In this document: positions 1 to 11,540 of the stretch, one piece after another
Position numbering within the stretch: the first letter of the stretch is position 1
Layout: every line of letters starts with the position of its first letter
Assembly (NCBI GenBank): GCA_028534125.1
Contig: CM052818.1
Coordinates: forward strand, 5,458,001-5,522,000
From: Lama glama
Lineage: Eukaryota
DNA length: 64,000 nt
Reading direction: 5' to 3'
Made by a program: the position numbers and the translations under genes
Notes under the pieces: generated by a model
The model's input: the letters and a program-made list of their open reading frames with translations, nothing else
What the model was told of the DNA's origin: nothing
The model's database searches: none

Positions 1-1850
1 TGAAAATAAAAACTAGTGTTGCTTAGGAATACTTATTTCCTGATAAAGCTACTCATTGACTTCTCTGCCAGATAAATGCAGCTTATAAATTGACACATTT
101 CAGTCCATCTGTATGTACAGCATGTCCCACATCACAATGATAACACAGGCATCTTAACTCTAAATGAGACAAAACAAACATAAAATTAGCACTGGTGGGA
201 ACCCACTGCCACTCAATTTGTGTTGGGTTTAACACCTTCTTATTTAATATATCCTTCCACATAAACAGTTTTATATTAGCCCCTGATAACGTGCCTTCCA
301 ACAATTCAATGTTGAGCTGTTTAAAAGCACTAATTAGCAGCTTTAATACAGAAGGGAACATATGTATCAGAAAAATCCTGCAAACCCAGAATACCCTTTG
401 GGCCCTGCCATTTGTGTGTGAAATAACTCAATAAAAATATATACTACATTGTTAATCACAAGACCTTCCAGGAATATAATCTATCACAGGAGAAATATAA
501 ACTGTATCTTTATAAACAAAAGAAGAAAAATGATAACTTCCATTTAAGCTGAGCTTGGGAATCATCACAATGAGCAGATGCATTTATAAAACTAAGCACA
601 CTTCATAATAATGATAAAAAATATTACAACTGTATATACATCCAATTGACATATACACATTACATTCAATTTTAGCACAACTGGCAACATATTTATTAAC
701 ACTTCATTTATTTCTATCACTTCCAACAGTACCAAAGCCATATATACTTACCTATTAACTTTAACAGAAAATAAAATAAATAATCTTTTAGTACTTTACA
801 GTATTTTAAAAATACAGAAACATATTTGATTTTCAAAGGATTCCAGGAACACATTTTTCTACAATCTGTAATGTTCACATAATCTAATTATTTCTTTTTA
901 AGTAACATTAAAATAACCAGCTATTTATAACTGCAAGGGATGTTTTTTCTTCTCTCCAACTTTCTACATACCTTGATCAGATAGTTCTAGTTAATATTTC
1001 TAGTACATGTAAATAATTACATCCTGAGTGCTTTAAAATTACACTAATTCCTATACCATTAAGGAAGGAAAATGTTTCTAGTTTTTGATGCATTATAAGT
1101 GGGAGATATTAATTTCTAGATGAAATTATGCATAAGCAGGAGAAAGCTTTGTACTGAGATAACATTTAAACACAAAATGTTAAGTATCTCAGGAATTACA
1201 GATGATTAAAGGCAAACAGGACAACACAACCATATTGTATTTGGATTGTGGGACCCGCTCCCGTCTCTGCAATTTTCTACTCCCCAAAGTAAAAAGCATC
1301 TTTATATTTTAATATTGTTGAGCTGTCATGATAGTTGGTTTGAACAGTAGCAAACACTCAAAACCAAAGAAATGGCATATTTCAGTAAATATGTATATGC
1401 TATGTCATTTAAATGAATTATAAACAGTAGAATAACCTTTTTTGTTTTTATTTGCTAATATTTTGTCATTTGCACAAAACTGCCAGAAAGCAATGTCATT
1501 TCCAAAGCAAGTTTTGAAAACTTGAAGGAAATTAATTCATATCAAGTTACACATATTATTTACTAGTATAGTACTAATCGCACTTTCCTATTTGGGGTAA
1601 ATAGCTTTTTAAAACTATAGTGCGATGATGGAATTGCCCCTTTTTAAGTAGAAATTTCCACACAATAGGTAATTTCAATTCTTTCCAGCTTTATCGCACT
1701 AGTAGAAACAGATTTCACCAAAGACCTCACATATTTGCTATGAATGTATTTTAATGTATTTTCTCCCAAGGAATAAAGCTGGCTGACACACAAGTTTGTT
1801 TCTCCCCTCATGTCTGGGTGTTTCATGACGTAGAGTAATGAGTGTCTTAC
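1..1850 (-). other. Putative 3'UTR-like (or constrained intronic) repeat-free AT-rich region downstream of the minus-strand exon
   Basis: No recognisable repeat over 1.85 kb. Minus strand is T-rich, with Pumilio-type TGTAHATA (plus tatgtaca 112-119, tatataca 633-640) and a miR-181 8mer site (plus tacattca 661-668). Confidence 0.4.
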
Positions 1851-2105
1851 AGTGCGCTTAATGCACTCAGCGTAGAGTATTTCTGGAAGCACACTGAGCA
1901 CTCCGTTTTGGGGGGCTGCTGCCGGGACACTGGCGAGCCGTTTCACATCGATGACTGGGAGTATGCTCAGAGTCAGCCAAGCCTTTTGGAGACAGATTCT
2001 CTGTTCCTGGTGAATATGGAGCCACTCCTCTTTCACCATTTGTGGCAGGTGACACTGTCTCTTAGTAAACCCGTATCTGTCCACCATGATGGAGTTGGGG
2101 GACGG
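1851..2105 (-). CDS. Candidate exon of an unidentified minus-strand gene (255-nt internal exon, or start of a terminal exon)
   Basis: Minus-strand acceptor tcttctcttctatcctgtcttgaacacttacag|CCGTCC at 2105; possible donor GCACT|gtaaga at 1851. Open frame PSPNSIMVDRYGFTKRQ...LYAECIKRT (85 codons); an alternative frame gives (A)VPQLHHGGQIRVY*. About nine CpGs against a CpG-poor flank. Confidence 0.45.
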
Positions 2106-2174
2106 CTGTAAGTGTTCAAGACAGGATAGAAGAGAAGACTGCCAGCTCAGCACAGGGCCTGCGATGTTAAATTA

Positions 2175-2580
2175 CATAATTAGTTTCCTAGGACTGCCAC
2201 AACAAAGTGCCACAGAGAAAACTACTGTCTCACAGCTCTGGAGGTCAGAAGTCCAGAACAGTCCATAGGGTCCTGCTCCCTCTGCAATCTGTAGGGTAGA
2301 CTCTTTCTTTGTCTCTTCCTCGTTTCTGGTGGTGGCCTTCAATCCTTGGCCTTCCTTGGCTTGCAGCAATGTAACTCCAGTCTCTCCCTCTGAAGTCATA
2401 GAGTGGCTTCCCCTGTGTGTCTTCACATCACCCTCCTATAAAGACACTGGCCATATTGGATTAAGAGCCCACTCTACACCAGCAACGGCCTCATCTTTCT
2501 TAGTTACATCTTCAACAGCCCTATTTCCAAAGAAAGTTGCATTCTGAGGCCCTTTCGAGACACAATTCAACCCACAGTGA
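2175..2580 (-). mobile_element. MaLR LTR, MLT1C-like
   Basis: Antisense MLT1 motifs: tagtttcctaggactgcc, tctcacagctctggaggtcagaagtcc, ccatattggattaagagcccac, ctatttccaaa, acacaattcaaccc. Confidence 0.85.
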
Positions 2581-3895
2581 TCATTAATCAATAGCAGATG
2601 TAAACCTAAATTGGTAGACTCAGGACTAAATTGCCAGCTAGGAAGTTTTTATGAATTATCCCCTCTTCTTGGAGGAGTTCCATGGCCTGGAGTTGGCATC
2701 ATAGAGGGAGGAACTTTTCTCCTTTAGATGCCAACCAGGTGGAAGAAAAAAGAATAAAGTGGAGAAGCTGGACCATGGTATATCTACAAATATTTAATAT
2801 ATAATGACTATCTTGTTAGAGGAATTCAGATGTACTGTCAGACAGAAAAAATAGGGAAAGAAACTCCCTCTCTCTTGCCACTGTTAAAGACTCTTTATTC
2901 TAAAAATATTTGGAGTATTACTCCATCAGTCCACTAGGAGTGCCCTGCTTTCTGTCAACTCTACACTTGGGGGGAGGCGGGGTCACTAATCTCCAGCCAT
3001 TGACATCCTCCAATTCACCAATGGAGAAACTACCATTTTTCAAAAATAGTAAAAGAAAAGAAAAAACAAACAAACAAAAAAAACCCAACCATTTTTAAAT
3101 AGTAAAAACAAAAAAGAAGCTACCATTTTAAAAAATTATTTTAAAAAAATGAAGAAAGGTTTCAAAAACAATGAGTGTGGGGGAGTAGATTTGCATTACC
3201 TCCCACTTCAGCCATTGTCTTCAAAGTCCTTTCTGCAGAGTATTAAATGGTGTTTGGCTTTTTCCCTGTTTTGTTTTCCTCTTTTTGGAGGGGAGGAGAA
3301 GTCAATGAGATTTCTGAAAAGGCTCAGAACAGAGAGGTCACTTTTGAACAAATGACATGGACAGCAAGATAAATTTACATTTTTCAGGCCTCGTGGAAAA
3401 CAAGGCCAGCTTTGTGTAGGATTCACTGAGAAGTCATTGAAGGTAAGCGCCGGCTGCCCACTGGTCAGGATGGAGTAAAACCCGGAGAAACACGAGCTGA
3501 GGAGAGTTGATGTGTAACTGTGGGTAGATCATCCCCAACTTCCCACAAAGGCCTTTCATTTCCATCTGGAAAGAGTATATGATAACCCAGACAGGCCAGC
3601 CCCTCCGTCACCAAGCAAAACTCTTGACATTTGCCTAATTATATTTTCTCATCATCCGTCATTTCTTGAAGCCTCGGCTTCATTCATATGCCAGGTATTT
3701 CCGAAATTAATCATGTCATTGAAAGCGGCATCTTTTCATGTAAATGGATTTTATTATCTGGATCAGAAAGCTCCCCCTTTGAGCAACGAAAGCCATTTGT
3801 AGGGAGAGTGTCTGAAATCTGACATGTTGCCTTCCCAAGAAAGATTCTTCGTGCTGACCTCCCAGCAAGCAGCAAGCATCCGTCACTGTGAGCTT

Positions 3896-3935
3896 GTGAG
3901 TGAGTGAGTGAGAGAGTGTGAGAGAGAGAGAGAGA

Positions 3936-3966
<31 letters not shown>
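3896..3966. repeat. Compound microsatellite (TGAG)n(GA)n(TG)n
   Basis: Directly visible. Confidence 0.95.
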
Positions 3967-3968
<2 letters not shown>

Positions 3969-5598
3969 GCTAAGAGCCTGAGGCTGGCTGCATGCTAATT
4001 TGCCCCATTGTTTCAGGGTGACTGCCTTTCCAGTATTTAGGAACAAAGCCTTTTTGCATAAGCCCGTACGTACAATCATTTTATCTTTACTTGGAAGCCC
4101 ATCATCCTATCTTCATTGCAACTGTATTGGAGGATGTGCCAGAGCTCCTTTGTCCCCTTGTAAGGCTGTAGATTACAGACAGGGTTTAGCAGGATACCAG
4201 GACACTCCTCTTTCATTTGAAGGCATTTTACAAATGCTTGAGCACCCTGGACTGCAGCAACACATCAACACGTGGCTTTGCTCAGCCTCTCTGAATTCAG
4301 AAAGGGGAGGACGAAAATCCCTCTAAGAGCTCCGTCAAGTTCCATCAAATTCAATTTTCAGGTGTACAATGTTTGGTCCATAAAGGATGGGGACATGAGG
4401 AATGGAAAGCAAGAAATTCCCCACCCACCAAGGTGTGACAGGGTCTCTAAAAGGGTTACGTAGCTTCACAGCACTGGCTGGGATGTTACCTAATTAGCAA
4501 GTAGGAGTGCCTAATGATAAGCCAAGTCCAGCGTCCAGTAACACACTGCCAGTGAGCTACCACCCGGTCTCATGTGTATAAGGACACGTGGGGAAAGTTC
4601 TTTCTACATCTCAGACTCATTTGTCTTTTGTTCTGTGCTTTAACAACTCGGTGTTAATGATAGGGTATTTTTCCTCTGGGAGGAGTACAGAAGAGTACTA
4701 TTAATTACCTGCCACCCTCCCTCTTTTGTGGAAATAAAATTAATGTTGTGACATAAACTGACAAAAACCAGGAAATTAAAAGTTAAGGCTGAGATTCCTT
4801 GGTGATATTTTTCCTTTTTTTGGTCATTGCAAAATGAATATAGTGAGGAAAATTTGTTGGAGGAAAGACTCGATCACGGAGTTCATCAGGAAAGAGGGAA
4901 AAAAAATTGTTAAAAATCTCTTTTGCTCTCTTCAATGCCAGCTGAGAGCTGGTTCTAAGAGTACCCCACTTTCTCTTACCTACTTCCTTTCCCTAAACCT
5001 GAAGACCTTCGTAAATCAAGGGAAAACAAAAACCTCCTCTTGGTTGTCTTCAAAACAGCTAACTAATACTTTTTTCATTCTTTTAAACAGACACACACTC
5101 AAGAAAATCAAGTGTCCTAAATCACAACTGGTAGAAAGTGCAGATGGTCTGGGAATTTGGAAAGAGAATTTTGGAGCATTCCATCATAACCAAAGTCCTA
5201 CAGGAAAAACAAATACAAAAATCAACTTCTGAGAGGCCGTATTTAAGAAAGACCTCAACCCCTCCACTCTTTCATAGCATTTGAAGATTAGCCAAAGGGG
5301 AGAAAAGGGAGTGTAAATTCAAGGAATGAAGCTCTCGGCTGTAGGCCAGAAACTCTGCACATTCATCTTCCCCCCTTTGCTGAGAAGAATGTTTCTGGAG
5401 AAGAAGTTCCAAGAGGGGCCTGTATTTCTAAGAACTTTCCTGAACTTTACCTTCCTCTTTGCATCTGCCTTCAGTGGTGTCAATCTTGGGTGGCTCTCAT
5501 CTTTTAGTTTCACTGTTACAAATACAAATGGCTTATTCTGGTGCATAGGAATGCCCTATTTTGTCGTCTTTTCTATTTGGATATATCACTTCCATTCC

Positions 5599-5786
5599 TT
5601 TTTTTTAATTGAAGTATAGCTGCTTTACAATGTTGTGATGTTGTGTTAGTTTCTGGCGAACAGCATAGTGATTCAGTTATACATATGTATCTTCTTTTTC
5701 AGATTCTTTTCCATTATAGGTTATCACAAGAGACTGATTACGGGTCCCTGTTCTATACAGTAGGTCCTTGTTGTTTTACCTATTTT
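5599..5786 (-). mobile_element. 5'-truncated L1 3'UTR end (artiodactyl-type)
   Basis: Poly(T) followed by aattgaagtatag...cagcatagtgattcagttatacat...ccattataggttatcacaag; same 3'UTR as the other young L1s in the window. Confidence 0.9.
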
Positions 5787-5977
5787 CCACTCTGTCTTAC
5801 TTTGCCAAACACCACCACCTCTTGGGTCACTCATGATTTCCACACCTATCTGCATGTAACATATCAGGAAGTTGTTAAATTTCATATGGAATTGTTAATC
5901 ACAATTATTAGATTATAAGTTTCTTGAAGGCAGGCTTCCCAAATACAATGACAATTCTTGATGAAATCAAAAGGCCA

Positions 5978-7154
5978 TACATCTCAAAAATGTTCTCCTA
6001 GAACAGTCTACTCAAGCAATAGAAATAAAAGCAAGAATAAACAAATGGGACCTAATGAAGCTTACAAGCTTCTGCACAGCAAAGGAAACCATAAGTAAAA
6101 CAAAAAGACAACCTATGGAATGGGAAAAAATTTTTGCAAATGAAACCAACAAAGGCTTGATCTCCCAAATATATAAGCAACTCATGCGACTTAATAAGAA
6201 AAAAATAAACAACCCAATCCAAAAATGGGCAGAAGACCTAAACAAGCAATTCTCCAAGGAAGACATACAAATGATCAATAGGCACATGAAAAAAAGCTCA
6301 ATATCACTAATTATTAGAGAAATGCAAATCAAAACTACAATGAGGTATCACCTCACACCAGTCAGAATTGCCATCATTCAAAAATCCACAAATGACAAAT
6401 GCTGGAGAGGCTGTGGAGAAAGGGGAACCCTCCTACGCTGCTGGTGGGAATGCAGTTTAGTACAGCCACTGTGGAAAACAGTATGGAGAGTCCTCAAAAG
6501 ACTAGGAATAGACTTACCATATGACCCAGGAATCCCGCTCCTGGGCATATATCCAGAAGGAACCCTACTTCAAAATGACACCTGCACCCCAATGTTCATA
6601 GCAGCACTATTGACAATAGCCAAGACATGGAAACAGCCTAAATGTCCATCAACAGGTGACTGGATAAAGATGATATGGTATATTTATACAATGGAATACT
6701 ACACAGCCATAAAAATCAACAACATACTGCCATTTGCAGCAACATGGATGCTTCTGGAGAATGTCATTCTAAGTAAAGTAAGCCAGAAAGAGAAAGAAAA
6801 ATACCATATGAGATCACTCATATGTGGAATCTACAAAAAGCAAACAAACAAACAAACAAAACATAAATACAAAACAGAAATAGACTCATAGACATAGAAT
6901 ACAAACTTGTGGTTGCCAAGGGGGCGGGGGGTGGGAAGAGATAGACTGGGATTTCAAAATTATAGAATAGATAAACAAGATTATACTGTATAGCATAGGG
7001 AAATATATACAAGATCTTATGGTAGCTCACAGAGGAAAAAATGTGACAATGAATATATGTATGTTCATGTATAACTGAAAAATTGTGCTCTACACTGGAA
7101 TTTGACACAACATTGTAAAATGATTATAAATCAATAAAAAATGTTAAAAAAAAA
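5978..7154 (+). mobile_element. Young 5'-truncated L1 (ORF2 C-terminus + 3'UTR + poly(A)) with TSD
   Basis: Uninterrupted ORF2 frame ([16 protein letters not shown]...[18 protein letters not shown]...WYIYTMEYY). AATAAA and poly(A) at 7133-7154. TSD aaaaggcca at 5969-5977 and 7155-7163. Confidence 0.97.
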
Positions 7155-9087
7155 AAAAGGCCAACACCATGGTCTGACAAAAGATACTTTTCTGATGGAT
7201 GAATTTATCCATAAAAAAAACAAAAAACCAAATCAATGTAACATGGTATCCTGGATGGGATCCTTAGAATAGCATAAGCACATTATATAAAAACTAAAGA
7301 AACCTGAGTACAGCGTGAAATTGGCTCTAAAAACCTTGAAACACATAATCCCTGTACATTATATATAATACTGAACCTGGTAATTCTTAAAAAAATGCTT
7401 AAAAAATTTTCTGTCAAAGTGAATAACAGTTATTAATGGGAAATCAAGTGACATGTCCACAAAAGACCATCCTTATCCACTAACCAATTGTTTTTATCTA
7501 TTTCTTAGAACAAAACGAACTGAAAATTTGACTCTTGTTCCCTGACAACCCAGATGAAGATATACAGCCAGGGATCCAGTCAGGTCTCAAACCCTAGCAA
7601 ATGGTGAATTAGTTTTTTTTAATTTGCTTCCATTTGTTAGACTCAAACCAAAGATGGATGGGCAACAGAAGTAGTGTTTTTATAGAGTTGGCATAGTTAG
7701 GAAGTTTGGAAGTTGGCAACATCCTGGAAAAAGAGATGTAGGAGGGTCCATGCCAGCAGGTGCAAATCATCTAAAGGTAGTTATTAAGGGGGTGCTGCCT
7801 GCTGGGAAATCAAGAAGACAGAAAGTGAAGAAGAGTTTTGCTCTGATACCAGTCATCAGGGATTCCAAAATTGTTCTGATTTGAAGTTCTGTTCCTAGAC
7901 CGAGTTTTTTTCAGGGAGACGGGGTCTGCAAATATCAGGGCTTTCCCTCTCTCTCCTGATGCTTCGGAAAAGTAGAAAATGTTTCCTGCAAAGTGAAGTC
8001 AAGATATTAGGAATCAGGGCTGTAGATCCCACCCATGGTGGCTGGGGCTGAGGGCTTTTCCGTGCCATAGTCCTTGTCTTTGAAGAGCATTCAGAGGACA
8101 GATTACAAAACCTCTCGGTTAAATGTCATTGGGGAACTTGACATCTCAGAGCTAAAAGCCTATATAATCACTTTGGGCCCCTATTTCTAACCTGTAAAGT
8201 TCTCTAACTCTTTTTTTTTTTTCAATTAGAAGAAAACTGAATTATTGTTCTTCAGAAAAGCAATGATATTCCTACAGAATTTGGCAAGCTGCAAGAATCA
8301 CGCTGGAAAGTCTTCTAAGATGGTGCCAAGACTGATGCAAAAGGCATCTGTCTTGCTTCTCAATCATCCTAAAACCAGTGAATCTGTAGTTTCATAATCC
8401 ATCTTAATTTCAAATGAATGACAGTTTCAGATCCTGGGAGGAGACATGGGTTGCTTTGCTTCTTTCCTAAATTGGAGTAGTCAAAGCAGTCTTGAAAACA
8501 ATTTTGCAATTTATCCCAACCCCTACCCCAAATTTTTTCAAGTTTCATCCCTGATTGCCACTTGAGTAAATGAAATAGTTTGTCTACCTCTGAAGAAACA
8601 GTCCATATATTACAGTCTGGACACCTACATAATGGCAATGGGCCCGCTTCTGAAATATCTCCTATCGGGGGACACTTGGGAATAGGCATGATTTTATAGC
8701 TTAATGGTCCATATTTTCTGCTGCACATTTCTTTAAAAGAACTGCAGAGGAAAACCATGCAGTTTAGTTATTGGAATAGTCTAGCTCTATGGTAGTAGGC
8801 ATTGCTTTACATAATAGACATGCTGCTAGAATGTGTATGTAAGTCCTTCCCCTTTTTTAAGCTTTTAGTAAAGTTGGTCTTGATTTTTCGTTGAATTTTA
8901 TTGAATTTCAGTCATTGTAGCTGTTCATTCTGAGTAATCTTTCTTTGTTACAGTTACCAAATACTTGAGGATTAATTGAAGATAGTTAATTCATCGAACA
9001 TTTAACTGTATGCATGCAGGACTGTGCTGAGAATTAGACAAGGGCTGGCCTTGGAGAAGATACACTCCAGAGGGTGAGCTGTAAAAT

Positions 9088-9093
<6 letters not shown>

Positions 9094-9118
<25 letters not shown>

Positions 9119-9130
9119 TTTTTTTTTTTT
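9094..9130. repeat. (CA)n followed by poly(T)
   Basis: Directly visible. Confidence 0.95.
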
Positions 9131-9154
9131 ATAAAAGCTGTATTTCTTCATCAG

Positions 9155-9480
9155 AGCAGCCTAGCAGAGTGGTTCAGGGTATGGTTCCCAGAGCCAAACC
9201 ACCTGTGTTTTAGGACTTACTCTTAACTAACTAGCTGTAAGACTTTGGCTAAAAGAGTGGGCCTCATTTGCTTTCAAATATATAATGGACATAATAACAG
9301 AACCTAAAATTTTATTCAGAAAGAACAGTGAGTGGGACCTAATGGACACTGAGTAAACATTAGCTAATATTGTTTCCTCATCTGTAAATAGGAATAATAA
9401 TAGTACCTTCTCCATAAGGTGGTTGAGAACATCAAATGACTTTAGGCATTTAAAGATTTTTGAAGCTGTCATTACGATAA
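9155..9480 (+). mobile_element. MIR SINE fragments
   Basis: gcagcctagcagagtggtt, agctgtaagactttgg, tttcctcatctgtaaataggaataataatagtacct (MIR core). Confidence 0.75.
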
Positions 9481-9499
9481 TCAGCGTTAGAGATGTACT

Positions 9500-10650
9500 A
9501 TGAAAATGCTCTCAGGAACCGGGAGGTTGAAGGTTGATTTAAATCTAGCTTCCTGGAAAGGCACTGGAAAGGAAGTGAAATGCAAAGGCCTCTAAAGGAT
9601 GAGCAGGATTTTGACAGGCAAAGAAAGAGGAGGGGTTTTCTGGCAAAGTCAGTACAAACAGCTTGAGCAAAGTTCCTGAAAGAGAATACGGCACTGGGGG
9701 TCAGAGAGTAAGGGGTGAATGTGGAGGGCTGTGGGGGAAGGCACAGGAGAGGAACTGGAAACTTAGTCTGGATAAGTGTATTTATACCATGTTACTGAAG
9801 GCTTTCAGCAGACTGCATAAATGGATGAATAAACAAACAAATCAACGAATGGGCTTCATCCCTATATACATTTTGAAGCCCTTGGAGTTTCTTTTTTTAA
9901 TGAGAAGAATCATGTGATGGAATCCATCTTAGATAACATCAGTGGCAAGATGGGAAGTAAATCGGAGAGAAAACGTGTAGAAGCAGGAAGTCGAACTACA
10001 GCAACAGTGTAGTTAAGAGATTAGTCAGTCAACAAACAAGAGAGAAATAAAAAAGAGATTAGCAAGGAACCCGCAGATCAATAAAACATGTTGGGATCTT
10101 GTTTGGAGTCTAATTCGAAAATACTTTAAAAAACATTTGACATTTATAAGGCAACTGTAAATATGAGCACCGACTAGATATTTGATAAATTAAGAAGTTA
10201 TTGCTATTTTTAGGAATGAGTATAGTATCATGTGGTTTTGTTTTTTTAAAAGAATCCTTATCCCATATAGAAACATACTGAAATGTTTATGGATAAAATT
10301 ATATAATGCCTGAGATTTGCTTCCAAGGTAGTTTGGGATGTGGACATAAGGCAGGACTGATTTGAGGGTCTGGATAACGGTTATGTGGGGTTTATTACAC
10401 TCTTCTGTGTACTTCTGTGTAAGTCCAAATTCTCCATAATAAAAGTTTGAAAGAGAAATAGAGAGAATACTCTTGCAGTGGGACCAGAAAAGAAGGCATG
10501 GATTTCAGAGCCATGGCAGAGGTAGAAATCCATGATGCTGGCAGCTATTTGGAAAAAGAGATGGAGAGTCCGGATTCAGATTTAATCCCAGATTTCTAGC
10601 TTCAGTGACTAGATGGATGATAATGACCATGACCAAGAAAACAATAATGT
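9500..10650 (-). mobile_element. L2 fragment interrupted by an L1MC 3' end
   Basis: Antisense L2 motifs ctaaaggatgagcaggattttgacaggcaaag and ccagatttctagcttcagtgactagatggatg on either side of 10040-10452. Confidence 0.6.
10040..10452 (+). mobile_element. Old L1 3'UTR end (L1MC4/5-like)
   Basis: gactagatatttgataaattaagaagttattg, catactgaaatgtttatggataaaat, ttctccataataaaagttt. Confidence 0.75.
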
Positions 10651-10831
10651 GATCTCACTTAAGAAGGTTCTTTATAGTTTACAAAATGCTCTTGAGTTTG
10701 CTATTTTATTTAATCCTCAGAATAGCCCTATGACATAATACTTGCATTTGGCAGATAAAGAACTTGAAGTCCATGAATTTAATAAGTTCAACTGGGAGGC
10801 AGATTTTAGGGTGGAAAACAGTGAATGGAGA

Positions 10832-11094
10832 TGGGGCCACATTAGGAATCTCAGATTCTAACAGGCCCTCAAGACACATTTACCTTCGCGGACCATGTCC
10901 TCTGAAGAGAAATATTACATTATATTTTATGACTGTGCTAGTACAAAGAATATCCTAATGTTACATATTAAGACATTTTCTTTGACCTAGAAGCTCACTT
11001 TTTGTTCTTATTTTTAAAGAAATTAAGACATTTTTTGTGGGCCCCTAAAAGTATTGTGGCTCTCGGCATTATATATACTAGACATCTGGCCTTG
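10832..11094 (-). mobile_element. hAT non-autonomous DNA transposon, MER96B-like
   Basis: gggccacatta...acatttaccttcgcggacc...acattttctttgacctag...gtgggcccctaaaagtattgtgg...ctggccttg. Confidence 0.7.
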
Positions 11095-11218
11095 ACTGGA
11101 GAATGAAGGACTTCAGGGATCTCTCCATGGGAAAATTTACATTTCCTGGAGTCATCCCCACCAATGGCTCATAACCTGACAACAAAAACTTAGGCAAACT
11201 TGAGGAGCAGTCTTTAAA

Positions 11219-11540
11219 TTTTTTTAAATTTTGTAATTGTTTTAAAATTGAAGTATAGTTGATATATAATATTATAAGTTACAGGTGAACTGTATAGTGA
11301 TTCAATTTTTAAAGATTATACTCCATTTATAGTTATTATAAAGTATTTGGCTATATTCTCTGTATTGTACGATATCTCCTTGTAGTTTATTTTATGCATA
11401 ATCATTTGTACCTCTTAATTCCCTACTTCTTTATTGCCCCTCCCCACTTCCCTCTCCCCACTGGTCACCACTAGTCTGGCTCCCTAGATCTGTGAATCTG
11501 TTTCTTTTTTGTTTTATTCACTAGTTTGTTTTATTTAAAA
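11219..11540 (-). mobile_element. 5'-truncated L1 3'UTR end (older laurasiatherian subfamily)
   Basis: aattgaagtatagttgatatataatatt...tttaaagattatactccatttatagttattataaa...ccctctccccactggtcaccactag. Confidence 0.9.

Noticed and set aside
6055..6891. 278-aa ORF as a host gene
   Set aside because: It is the C-terminus of L1 ORF2 inside a TSD-flanked, poly(A)-tailed insertion.
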